A stretch of 64,000 nucleotides of DNA from Chrysomallon squamiferum (Eukaryota > Animalia > Mollusca): positions 30,814,001-30,878,000 of the forward strand of contig CM022679.1 of NCBI GenBank assembly GCA_012295275.1, in the 5' to 3' direction. Every line of letters begins with the position of its first letter. The stretch's first letter is position 1. The position numbers were made by a program, and so were the translations under genes. Shown in pieces: positions 1-13,800 of this stretch. The notes beneath the pieces were generated by a model that did no database searches, was not told where the DNA came from, and saw nothing but the letters and a program-made list of their open reading frames with translations.

Positions 1-2813
1 ATATATAAAAAGAAAAAAAATATCGTATTAAATGAATATCTGAATGTAGAGATAAATAAAGATTAATAAATATAAAAGTGAAATAAATAAATAGATAAAT
101 AAATAAATAAGTATAAAAATATACAAGAATATAAGAATAATAGGTATAGAAATAAATGTTTAAATTAGTTAATTAATTAATAAATATAAAAGCATAAAGT
201 TGAAATAATAAATAAAAACAATATATGAAAAAAAAAAAATAAATAAAAAAAAATAATTAATTAAACTTATTTACTCTTTTAGTTTTGTTACCACTGCTAC
301 TAGTGTTACCACTAAACATCAAAAACGTAATTCCTACCATAAAATTAATACTACATTACTAATAATACAACTAATGTATTACAATCAGTAGCTACATATC
401 TAATTATTAATAGTAGCACCATCATCAAACTAAATGTCACTGCTGCTACTACTATATTCCACAAGCTTGAGGAAAACTACTACAGTTATTACTTTTGTTA
501 TTACCACTGCTTCTGCTGTTAGGCTACTGTAGCAACAGCAACTACTACTACTACTTTTATTACTGTTACAACTACTAATTTTAATACTGATACCATAAGT
601 ACTATCAAAACAGTAACTATTATTGTTAAAATTTGTATTTGTTGTTGCTATTGTTATTATTGTTGTTGTTGTTATTGTTATTATTGTTGTTGCTGTTCTT
701 ATTACCATAATTATTGTTTTATTATTTTTATTATTATCATTATCATTATTATTTGTATTATTATTATTATTATTATGATTATTATTGTTGTTGTTATTAC
801 TACTACTACTTCTACAATTATTATTATTATTATTGGTATTATTACTATCATCATCATCAAGTTTATTTTTTATTGGTATTATTATTATTATTATTATCAT
901 TGCCATCATCATTATTATCATGATCATCCTCCTCACAAAGAGAATGATTTACAAAATAATCGACTGGTAATCTGCTAAATCTACACACAATCATGTGTTA
1001 GGTTTTGAATTTTTCATGGACTCTCGCAGTTTGTGTTGCTGGAGACACAGGAATTGATTTCTTTATTGCTTTAAGGAAATAAGAGGTTTGCGTGCTGTCT
1101 AGAGGAGCAAATAAAACAGAGTTATTGTTGGATAAAAATTATTCCAGTGTGGCCCACCAGGAAAAGATTTTTCCCTCTGACTTCGCTGCATGGATTAGAA
1201 TTGAAATATAAAACACTTATAATGCACTCATCTCTTACAGAGAATATCTAGGATCAATTCCCATCAGGGGGATTACCATTTTTTATTACAATTCCCATTC
1301 CAACCAGTGCTGGAAACTCGTATCAAATATTTGTTGTTTGTGCTCCATGATAGAATGCTACTTGGTAGTATGGAAAATACTGTTTTAATGTATAATTGAT
1401 AAATCAAAACCCATGGTAAATGCTGTTGTTAATGCAACAAAATTGTTATTATTTTCTACTGCTGCTGAGAACAAAATATTGTAGGATTACTTTAAGACAA
1501 TTGTATGTAATTTGGTTATTATTTGATTTGTAATAGCTACTGATAAAAAATTTGTTCTAGTTCTGACATGAAAAAAAACCCCTGATTTTTCAACAGCAGT
1601 TATAGAAGGGAATAAATGGATCTTGTAGCATTTTTAATGAAATCAGTGAAAAAATAAATTAAATTAAATTAAAAAATTATTTATAGAAACTATAAAAAAA
1701 TAAATGAACCTAAGAATTAATGAAAATAAAACAAGGGGAAAGAAAGAAAGTAACTGGGTGAACTAAAATAACTAAAAGAAGACCTAAAACTGAATAAATA
1801 AATAATAAAAATTGTGTAATGAAGATAATAAATTATCTACAACAAATCTGAAATGTTAAAAAGAGATTTCTAAAATAAAATATTTTGGTATTTAAAAATG
1901 ATTGAATTATTGACACAAACTAATGATAAATTAATAAAATGTCAGTAACCATTCTTAACCAAAAATATCTTCACATCACCATTTGTCGTATTTGAATTAT
2001 TTAATTCATATTGATTCAAAAATAAATAAACAAATAAATAAATAATAACAATTTATTAAGAAAAAAAAAAAAAGGCCTAAATAAAAACAGAAAATAGTTT
2101 TTCTGTATTTTTAAAACCAGTTAAGCAAGAATTAGTCATACTCAATGATCTTGTAATCCTATGTACACAAAATGTTGATCTGTCAGTTTATTTTATTTAT
2201 ACAAGTTAAAAAACCCACTCCCACACATCTCTAACAGTAACTTTAATCTACTGGCAACTGAAGAAGCAATCGGCTGTCAAACTTGAAAACCAATATTTTA
2301 CATCCGTTTCCAGGAAAGATACACCATGTCAGAAAGAAGGGGAACAACTCATTATGAAATGACTTTAATTAAATAAAAAAGTAACTGAATACAACCAACA
2401 CGAGAGGAATGCAATTGTTAGTGGTGGGTCTTACTCTGAATATAAAATGAACTGAGTTATGAAGAACTAAATAGTTAACAACATTTTGGGGTCTGCACTG
2501 TGAATAGACCGTCCCTGAATCTCTCCTTGTTCAAAACGGTCACTGAAATGAAACTGTGGGTTTGTGATAAAGGAGCAAAAAAAAGTGTGGGAGGATTCAA
2601 TAAAGTGGAAAAAGGATTGGTTTTGTTTGGTAAACTAAGAAATTTTATGTCAATATAAAACTGTAATTAAATAAAGCAATATATCATCATATGTTTTGCA
2701 TTGATAGGGGTTAAGTCTTTGTGTATTGGCTTTTTTTTTCTTCAGTTTAAGTTCAGAGATTAAATAGAACATTTTTCATTTAAGTAGATAAAAATTTAAA
2801 ACTAAAATATACA

Positions 2814-2816
<3 letters not shown>

Positions 2817-2881
<65 letters not shown>
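2817..2881. repeat. (GA)n microsatellite (representative)
   Basis: Pure GA run. Similar (CT/GA)n tracts occur at 33718-33799, 34095-34203, 36208-36308, 37382-37467 and 61289-61370. Confidence 0.98.
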
Positions 2882-2882
<1 letters not shown>

Positions 2883-2941
2883 AAGTTAATGAACTGATTA
2901 ATAATGTATTCGATTTTCTTAATAAATCATGAGTTGCTTAC

Positions 2942-3131
2942 ATCGTCTGCTATTTTAGGCATTGGCAGTGGTCAGAAGATAGCATCTATCTACTCAGTCA
3001 TTGTAGCACATTTCAGAAGTGATGAAATAAACCTCCTTTTCAGGAACTGCATCTGCCTAAAATAACCAGTATGCTCGGTCTGTGTAGACGTTTCCGCTCC
3101 GGAACAACTGCTCCTTTATTTACGTTTTAGT
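2942..3131 (-). other. Candidate spliced exon of a minus-strand transcript divergent from MEI1 (non-coding, or 5'UTR ending in MPKIADD)
   Basis: Minus-strand acceptor TTTTATCTCATTACAG| at 3131 and donor GAT|GTAAGC at 2942. The sequence is GC-richer and unique. All three frames stop early except ATG at 2962, which gives MPKIADD up to the donor. Confidence 0.35.
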
Positions 3132-3499
3132 CTGTAATGAGATAAAATTAATACTAATGAAAGTTGGTAAATTCAGATTCTTTTTGCTGTTTCTGTAAAA
3201 AAAAATACGACGACGACAACTACAATGATGATGGAGTTTAAATAATTCCAGACTGAGAAAACCCCCAAACAGTCTAATCACTCTGACACTCTAATACTTT
3301 AACTGATATCAGAAATATTATATTAAGTTTTTTTGTAAAAAAAATAAAGTCGAATCTTTAGCGATTCCTTTAGCAGTAATGGTTAGTTGCTGAAGTATCA
3401 GAGTAGTGCAGAACAGGAATACTTGGTTGATTTGTTTCCATATTTCAGTTTTACATTTGTTACGATGAACTGATTTTAGACTAATGTTTTATTTTTGTA

Positions 3500-3539
<40 letters not shown>

Positions 3540-3599
3540 CTGTAAGAGAATGAAAGGGAATAATATATAAATAATACACTGTTTTAATAATGAAATCGT

Positions 3600-3745
3600 A
3601 ATTATTTTCACGAAAAGAAGCGAGATATCCCGAAGAATCGAAAAAAAAGTTTTTTAAAGCGGTAAAGAATGAATAGGTGTATTTTGTTTTAAAGTTTGTC
3701 GTCAGCATTCTTTAGCTGGAAACGGTCCTTTGGGCTCAGGTACAA
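3600..3745 (+). promoter_or_regulatory. Probable MEI1 promoter and non-coding first exon
   Basis: Local CpG-containing patch in otherwise CpG-poor DNA, with a donor-like site CAG|GTACAAG at 3739/3740. The MEI1 ATG (4839) lies 1 nt after an acceptor (polypyrimidine + CTGCAG|C ATG), which implies an upstream 5'UTR exon. Confidence 0.4.
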
Positions 3746-4507
3746 GTTTTCCATTATTCAATAAAATATTATTCACTTAATACTGATTTTATTAGTAAAA
3801 AAAAAGTTAATTAAATTTAATGATACAGCGGAAAAAATAAAAGAAGAATCATGTATTCTATTATCGGATGTATCCTATTATCGTACATTTCAAACGCATT
3901 TCACATTAAATTTTGTTTTTGTGGGTTTTTTAAATATTATTATTAATAACTTTTATTAATTTATTTATTTCAGCAGTTATCTGTTGGTATGGGAAATGCT
4001 AGAAGGAACACACAATTATGATTTACACATTCTTTAGCCATGTCAATGATGCAACTAAATTTGTTTGCTATGTTTAGCAACAAAGAATCGAGTCCAAGTC
4101 ACAGACCAAGGTTATTGATGTTTTGTTAAAGTAATTCTAGTAGTAATAACTATTGCCAGTTACACATGGAGAGACATACATATATATATATATTTTTAAT
4201 TTCTTGATCAGATATTTCTGACAAGTTAGTTTGAAATTTGTTTTTCACTTTAATATATATTTGTACATGTGAAAACACTGTTTTAAAGTGTTTTATTATT
4301 TTTTTCCCACATTATTTATTTATTTGTTGATTTAGTCATTCATTTATTTATTTAAAAAAAAAATGTTTAGATCTTAAATCAGTTTTACATTTAGTTAAGT
4401 TTTTATTTAAAATATCTCAGAATCTAAAAATAAATTAATTTATTCATTATTAAACTGTTTGCTTGAGTAAGGATTAATAAAGCAAATAGCAAATAATTTT
4501 ATTATTA

Positions 4508-4538
<31 letters not shown>

Positions 4539-4747
4539 GTCATTTTTTATTATTTTATTGCAAAATAATTATCATCATCATAATCATATTATAATTATTT
4601 TATTTTATTATTTATTTGTTTGTTTGTTTCTTTTTTTTCTTCTTCTTCTTCTTCCAGTTCTTTTTATTATTATTATTATTTCTATATTACAATATAATTA
4701 TCATCATCATCATAATCACATTATGATTATTATTATTTTATTTTATT

Positions 4748-4794
<47 letters not shown>

Positions 4795-4838
4795 TTTTAT
4801 TATATTATATTTTATTTTATTTTATTTTCTACTGCAGC

Positions 4839-7800
4839 ATGGACCAGACAGAAAACTCACCGTTTGTGTCACACAAACATTACAATCACGATGTATCGTG
4901 GAGTTTTGTTTCCACCAGACACGAACACCTGGTGTGTATTGCCTGTCTCATTGAACAGATGGAGAATGAGGAACTGTCTGCTGTTCAGAAAAAGGTGGCA
5001 TTGTCCATGTTTTCCACTGTTGTCAAAGATGTCAAGGAAGTGACAGAAATGTTCCGACATAACCTCCACGTTTCCAAGCGTGTCATTTATGCACTCACAG
5101 GTAAGAATAGCAGGTTTCTACTCTGTTGTATGACTGTTTGATTTTATAGAAATTGCTGACAGTGTACAAAACAAAAATGTATTTTCATATTTAATGACTG
5201 CTATGTCCTATAACGTGTATTGTGGAAATTATTTATTTATGAATTATTAAAAATAATGTATGAATTTTTATGAAATTTGTATGAACTCATTTTTAGTGTT
5301 TACGAAACTTAACTTTCTTAATAATTATTCTGTTAGATAAATTTCAACCATATTAGCAATTTCAAACTGATAAAATTAACTTTTATGAGAACCAGTATCA
5401 AAACTTCCAAACTGCTTATGAATGAATGAGTTATGTTAATTTCTTTTTGTTACATTCTTTTATTACTTAGGATAATATAATTGATTGAAACTTAAACATA
5501 ATTGATTGTTTTTCAGTTTTGTTTAAGGATAAAGAACTGTTTGTTGATCCAGCAGTTGAAGGTGAGATAAAAATCTGAATAATGCAGCTCTAACAAAAAC
5601 CTTCAGTTCACGAAATTAGTACCCATCATCAAAACCAAAAATTATAATAATAATAAATAAAAAGTAATAGTAATAAAATGAACAGTTAGTTTTTTTTTAT
5701 TAAATACTAAGAAGTCAAACTTAGTTGATTTTGTCTTTTTTTTTTTTTTTTTTTTCAGCATGCTACTCTCTGTTAATGAATGTACAGCGTGAAGATTTGA
5801 CAGAGTTTTTTATGGCTGGGTTTGAGGAGCAGGTTTTATTTTTTTATAATTTATAAGGATAACATTTTATCTTTAAATTATTTTGTAATTGAAAATGAAA
5901 AAAAACATATTCCTCTTAACATAAATACTCAGTCTGCCATGAATTTTTCCCCCAGATTTCTTTCAATAAAATGATGCCACAGTAAAAACCAAAATGTTCG
6001 GCTTAGCCTATCTTTTAAATTTTACTGTTTTATTGTTATTCTTTATTATTCTTTATTATCACTAAAGATTGCTCACCCACAACAAATAAAAACATTTATG
6101 TTTAGGAAAAGTTCTAGTAATAGAGATTCTGTAAAACAACATAATTCTAAAGAAGATGAATTATATTTGAAATATTTACCTCTGCCAGTAGAGGCATCTA
6201 ATTATAGGTTGTTCATCCACAACAAATAAAAACAATTATGTAAAAAGTATGTGAATATATTTAAATAATTTGCATGTCCCAACAAAGGTATGTAATGACG
6301 ATGTTCAGGATCAGTTTTAAATGTGGTTTCAGCTGCTGACAGTCAGTGAAGTAAACCAGATTAAACCTTACCTCTTACTTCTTGGACAGCTTGTAGCAAG
6401 TTCTGATGAGTTTGCTTCATATCTGTTGCTTCATCATGGTAAAATATACAGTTTGTTTTGTTGAAATACTAATTTAGTAGTATATATTTCAGAAAAAATT
6501 GGATATAATGCAGAATATAAAATAATCTTCAGAAACAAAAAGTTTCAGAGAGAGAGATTGAGTGATTGATTATTTACAGGCTTGAAGTCACTTTTCTGAA
6601 ATTAAAAGTTAACTGTTGCAAAGCTGCTTTTAATATATCAAAGATAAGCTAAATGTAGGTGCATAATTATATAGCAGACATTTTATGCAAATGAAAATAA
6701 AAAATATTCATGTTTTTAAACTTTTTCAGGTTCTATATGACTGCAATTCAGATAATATGTATGCACAAATACTGAGGTAATTGGACTCTTGACTGAAATC
6801 CAATTAATACATATGCATAAGTATCAAGATAAATTAATTTGTATTTGAATTCCATCTTTCTAAGAAAGTTTTTGTATTTCAGAAACTCTGCTATTAGAAT
6901 TAACATCTCTGACAGATTCTGCAGAGTCTGATGTCCAGTCGTCTGTGATGTTCGTCCTGGTACATGTATTTTCTAACACACAGCAAACAGCCATATCCCC
7001 AGTACTCAGACGTAGAGTCTGTACATCTGTTATAACAATACTGAATGAAGCAGAATCACTGGAGCTACAGATAAACCTGCTAGGTATGTCCACACTTGAA
7101 ACACAATCTCTACTTCAAACTATTCTGAAAAATGCAGCAATGTGCACAAATAAAACTACTAGGTATGTTCACAGATTTGAAAAACACAATTTTTTCTTCA
7201 AATTCTTCTCTAAAATCTCTGATAAATCTCACATCATGAAGTAAATTGTAACATGCTGATCAAAATTTTTCCACCAGAAATTCAAGATGAAAGATTTAAT
7301 TATTAACTTTGTCTTTTGTAAGTGTCTGAATTATTCTGGGTGTAATTTGTTATTCTGTTGAGAAATATCCATTTAGTTACTAATATTCTTTTTGCATATA
7401 TATTTTTAGATATTAATTTTGTCCAAATATTTTTGGTAAATACTAATCTTTTAATTTTTGAAAGAAATTGTATCATGTAATATCGTATGATGTTGGTCAA
7501 AAAAAAAAAAAAATCAGTTTCAGGATGTCATTTAGAATATAATTATATTGTTACCCAAAAATATTATTATATAATTTTTTTTAATCATTTATTTATTATT
7601 TTACTCTATTAATGGAAACCCATTCATATTAATTTTTAAAAAATGATTAATTTAAAAATAACAACCACAAATATATAGGCAAATATATTTATTTATCATT
7701 TTATCATTTTACCCTAATGGTGACAGTAAATTCATTTTAATTTTCAAAAGTTATTAATTTTAAAAATAAAAACACATACAAACCTTGATAAATACATCAG

Positions 7801-10800
7801 TATTTGTTTTTAAATAATTTTTTCTTTTTCTTTTTAAATGGATATTTTTAAAATTATGCAGCACTTCTAAAAAAACTTGTCAGAGATGGCGACTCGGCTG
7901 TCCTTCTGATTCAGCTCACACCCAGCAACCAGACTCTGATCTTAGCGTTGAAGAAGATGTTTATCACGAAGAAAGAAGTCCTGCAGACTGCCACAGCGCA
8001 GTGCATCTTTGGACTGCTCAACATCGCAGACACCACAGTTTTTGTGAAACAGCTGCTAGAGAGTGATGTTATAGGTATTTGTGACAGACTGTTGTTGTTA
8101 TCATAATTGTAAACATATGTAGATTTTTTAGTATTTACAATATTTGGTGATGTAAATATTTCAGTAATCACAGAAAAACACACACAGAAACACGCACAGA
8201 CATGCATGTCCATACACATATATACATATGCTATACACACACATAAATATATGCACCTTAGAAATAAATACTTCATAATAAATCTTAAATTCTTGTAGAA
8301 ATGAAGGAATCAGTTAACCTCTGACTGCCTGTTATCCTGTAATCATAAATATTATTTCTTATAAACACTTCATAAATAAACAGAAATAATTATCTATTTT
8401 CCAGAATTTCTCTTTGAATCTTTACACACACAGAATGCATCACAACTTGAGTAAGAATATCATTATTATTGTTTTTGTTGTTATTATTGTTACTGTTATT
8501 ATTATTATTACATATGTATAGGTGAGTGCGTGTGTGTGTGTGTGTGTGTGCATCACCTGAATACCTAGCAGTGTATTTCTTTGAAATAATGAACTATACC
8601 TGTAACACGTTTGTTTGTTTATTTATTAATTTATTTTCATACTTTATGTTTAGTAAAGTTTGATGTAATTTCAGATCACTGTTCAAAGTTCTTCACACAC
8701 TGACCAGCTTTGAGCCTTTCTTCACTCGCTGTCACGCAGTTTATGGTAAGTTGACTGGAAACCAAAGACTGGCACATTCCATCCTGTGTATGATAAAAAT
8801 CTTTAACTACAGTTCAGTAAAACTTGTTGATTTTCAATACCTATGGACAGTTTGTCATTTAAAGATTTCAGGAATCACACAGACATATGCACACAAACAC
8901 ACAAACACATCTATGCATCTTAAATAAATTTCCATTGCTTTCTTTTTCACTGTTTATTTTATTTTATACCTATACACTATAGATGTTACTTGCAATTTAC
9001 TTATGTTTTGTTTTGTTTGTTTATGAAATATCACCCAGTGTTTTCTATTTCTCTGTACAGTAAGGAAATGATTTTTATTTAAATTTTTCTTTCTCGTTTG
9101 TCTAATATGTTGCAAAGGTTGTAATTGGGAACTAGATATAATTAAGCCTTGATCCAGAAATCAGGGTCACCTCTGATTCCAAATTTGCTATATAATTTTT
9201 TTTGTTTTTTTGTTTGTTTGTTTGTTTGTTTCAGGGGTTGAATCTGTGCTAATGGCTATCGGGGTGTTAATCAGAACAAATAATTTGAAAATCGAGGAAA
9301 AAGCCTTCATGCTGCTGGATTCTCTACTTGTTAGGTTAGTCATGGAGACATTTTTGTTTTGGAAAATTAATAATGTTATTGTTTTCATAGTTTATGACTG
9401 ATAAAATGATATGTTTGTAGGTAAAAGAGACATTGGTACCCAAGGATATTGATATTATTATATAATATAAATGAAAGATTTCTTTTTAATTCAGGAAGTA
9501 GATAAACATGTAGATATTGTGTGTGAAGGACAGAAAATGATACTGATATGTTGTTCTAATCATCCTTATGAACAAATTTATTTTTATTTTTCTTAATATT
9601 CCTACCTATGTTGGTCAAAAACCATAGATGCCAAATCTATGGATAAGTTAGGCTGATTTATGAGTGTGTGTGTGTGTGTGTCCATGCATACAACAAAACT
9701 CCAGTCAGCATGATTTTAGAGTTCTTAATAAAATATAGGTGGGGTTTCAAATTATCAGTGTTTACAGTATAATTACAATATATATACATACATTATGTTA
9801 TATTTTTATTCTTATATTTTTTATTTGTTTATTTATTTATTTATTTATTTTTATTTTTTAATTTTTAATTTTTTTCAGGCAGCCATCCAGTATACCTCTG
9901 TTTGTAAACACAGCCACAGCTTTACACTGTCTTTCAATTATTGAGCAGGGTCTCCATAGCAACTATCTACCCCTCTTTGTCCAGGTACTCAGCTGTACTC
10001 AACATGTACTCAGGTATAGCATTAAATATTGTTATTATTTATTTATTTAAAGTCTAAAATTTAACCTCTTAGAATTAATTTTGGAAAATGGAAAAAAGAA
10101 AGATTGTTATTAATATGTAATTAACTTGTAAAGTTTCTGTGGTTTTGTATAAAAATTATTTTATATAAATAATGAAAAAAATGTCAATCTCTTTTAAACT
10201 TCAAAGAGTCTGTATTATTGTTTCAAAAAAAAACAACACTTAAAAATATACAAATCATTAACACAAAATTACTATGCTATTTTTTATATGTGACTTCTTA
10301 CATAAATTATATATATTTTTTTAATTAAATTAAATATTGTATTACAACATATTGTATTGTATTGTCTTGTATTATACTGTATCACATTACATTACATGAT
10401 ATTATATTATATTATATTATATTATATTATATTATATTATATTATATTATATTATATTATATTATATTATATTATATTTATTGTATTGTGTTGTATTGTA
10501 TTGTATTTCCAGAGAGCTGTATCTGCCTCGACCATATCCTTTCTCCACAGTTCACAACATGCTGAGGGTTGCAGTAAATAAACTGAGTGATGTTTTCCAG
10601 GATCCCAGCGAGGAACTCATCCACCTCTACTCCATGCTGGTGTCAACAGTCGCTAGGTATTGAACCCATGTACCTTCACAAACACCTTTTTTCTTCTAAA
10701 ATTAGATACGTTTTGGTAGAAATGGTCTGAATATATTCACTTACTCCCAAGTTTTGTGTTATATGGGTTATTAAAATATCCAGTTTTAGATGTTATCATT

Positions 10801-13800
10801 TATCTGTAGTTGTGACATCATCATGAATAGGGTGGGCTGGTTTGTTCTATAGTTTTTTTCTAGTGTTGTCAGAAATACACACTGTCAAGTCTGTAATGTA
10901 AACAGTGACTCCATTTTGAAAGGCTAGGATCTGAAGCATTCAAATTTTATGTAAAAAATCATTTGATTGTCATAATTAGTCATGAATGGCAATAAAATAA
11001 TATATTGGCAGTTAAAGGAATTTAATTAAAACAATTTCTTCATACTACTTCAGATGCACTTAGATGCTGGTATTTTTGTACATGACAGTGTGTGCTTATT
11101 GTGTTTAACATTTTCTGGATTGAAGACTTAATGGAGAGTCATTTTTTATTTTATTTATATTTTATTTATTTTTTTGTTTATTTATTTATTTATTTATTTA
11201 TTTATGTTTGTTTGTTTGTCAGAAATACTGACATAATCTGACAAACTGTTGTGAAATGTGAAAGAACAATACTGTGCACATATTTTATATATTTTGTTCA
11301 TCATGTCTTGAATATGAATAGTAAAGATATATGTATGTAGTATGTCTATGTGCACACACTGGTGTTTAAAACAGTTACTTAAATGTCGAAACAAATATTA
11401 AATTTTCTCTATGTTAAACAGAATGTTCTTCTTTTTGAATTTTCTCATATTTCCTTTTTCGTCTTCCTTTTGTTGTTTTTCATTTATTTTTATGTTTCTT
11501 CTCTTCCTTTCCTTCTTCTTTCTTGTTGTTTTTCATTAGTATTCTTACTAGTTCAAAAGATGCAACAACGTTCACATTTATTTTAATGTTCATTTTGTTC
11601 CAAGTTGTTTATCAACTTTTTCACACAAATAATTTTAGATAAAAATCCTATGTATATATATATATATTTTTTTTTTTTTTTCCTGTGTAAAGTCTGTGTC
11701 AAGCTAAACTTGCTATTGCCTCCAAAGAGACCTCAGCAGTGTCTGCCATCTCTAGTTGTACTGACTCTGAGGATGACATCACTGCTATCAAAAACTTAAT
11801 GTTAGAACTCATTGAAGAGCATCTTTTGCCATGGATATGTGTAAGTGCCTTAGAATTATAACAGATTCCATTTACCATGGAGATGTTTAAGTATGTCAGA
11901 ATTATAGCAGATCCTTTTTATCATGAATATATGTAAGTACTTTCGAATTCTGAATCTTTTTACAATGAATATGTGTGAGTATGTTAGAATTATAAATTTT
12001 TTTCCCTCACAAATTTGTTTAATCAGATGTGTAGTCTTCATTTAATACCATTTATTTAATGGATTATTTGGAGCATCTTCATCATCTCTTCAGTGTCATT
12101 AGATATGTGCTCTTCTGGTGCAACTTTCTAATTGTATCAATTAAAAAAAGTTTTTTTTGATAAACATTTTGCCAGAAACAATAAAATAAATACTGTGATC
12201 TCATGTGTATCAGTCATTGTTAGAATTTGTTAGAACTAGAAAGGCTCCATATTAAATCAGCAACCCTTCAGTTTATCAGTTCTGTTGCACTGATGTACAG
12301 CCTGCTCTTTCATTTTCATTACAGAAAATTGTTTAAATTTATTCTTAATAACAAATCAATTTTTCAGAAAAAGTGGGCTGACTCGGATACTGTGGTACAG
12401 AAAGATGTGTTCCACTGTTTCAACAGTTTGTATGGATTAGACAGAAACAAGATGGCTGAATTCTCCACGAGGGTTGCCTGGTCAGGGGTCATTATCAAGG
12501 TCATTGTGCTGAAAAGCTGGGCAAAGTATGTTTTTAGTTATTATTCTTGTTAATATTATTATTTTTTATTTATAATTTTCATTAAACTATTTAATAATTT
12601 TTCTCCACCCCCCAAAAAAAAAAAAAAAATTAAATAAAATAGTATAAATAATTGAATTATTTCTAACAGTGAGTGAGACAATTTCGTTTTGTAGTTATTT
12701 AAAATATATAAAGGGGACTATTAAAAAAAAAATGCTCAAAATGGGTATCAAAATCAATTTTAATTATTATTATTATTAACTCAAAATGCTTTGTGAACAG
12801 TTTAAAGAAATATAATTCAACAATTGATTTATTGATTTTTCTTAATAATATTGGTTTGTTTAATTAATGTTTTGTATTCATTTAATATTTAAATAAATAA
12901 TGTTGACAGAGATGACCTGTTCTACATGAAGTCAATACTGGATGAGTTCTTGCTGAATGTTTTCACACAGCTTGTAGAAAGAGATGTTCTCATGTACACA
13001 GAACTTCCTGACTGGTTTCAACATGGCCTGGAAAATCTTACTTGTAATCTATTTTCTCTTCTTTTTTTTGTTTCCCTTTTTTACTATAATTTCCATTATA
13101 TATTATTAATCATTATGTGAACAAGTATGCAAGATTTAATACAATCAGATTTGACATTAAGAAAATTTAGATTTAATATTTAGAAATAAAAACTCAAATT
13201 TTTTGTTACTGTAAAACATACACTTTTTACAATCCTTCATTCCATTTTTTTTTTTTTTTTTAGTTTTGTTCTTTTTTTATTATTATATATGTCTTGTTTT
13301 TTTCTCTTGAAATAGCATAAGGCGAAATTAATTTATTAATTGTTTCAGTGAGTACCTGGGAACTCAGTGTAATTTTAGAAGTAGAAAACACAGAGATATT
13401 CCAGGTTCTTTTAGCAGTACTCTACTTCAGTTACATCTATGGCTTTGTGTAAGTATTTATCTCTGTTGTTTAAGAAGACATGTGAAAATTAAAATTTTAT
13501 TTGAGATAAAGAATTAATATACCTATTGAAATTTTTTATATTTTTATTAAAAATTATCTCTACAATAGGAACCTGTTTAATATATATTTCTGTAATCACT
13601 GTATGTACTGGAAAGATATGATGTCTAGATAATTTCTATATTTTCAGACTCTGATTAAAATATAGCTATTTGAAACAGAACTGTACTTATTTAAATAAAT
13701 AACATATATCTATCTATCTTAGTATCTATCTGTATATCTATATACATATATAGCTCAAAGTTACTTCAAGTTACACCTAAATCCAGTAAATTAAAATATT

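Noticed and set aside
430-978. ORFs with poly-I/N/Y/L/T runs here and throughout (e.g. 15049-15443, 28883-29416, 40293-40770, 62339-62778)
   Set aside because: They are translations of tri-, tetra- and dinucleotide microsatellites with no coding signal.
3223-3288. ATGATGA...CTGA as a box C/D snoRNA
   Set aside because: No terminal stem or recognisable guide sequence, and the motif arises from an (ATG)n-like run.
7084-7162. Extension of MEI1 exon 5 to a later donor (TAG|GTATGT ~7162)
   Set aside because: It changes the phase relative to the next exon. Homology (ELQINLL|ALLK) supports the donor at 7083.
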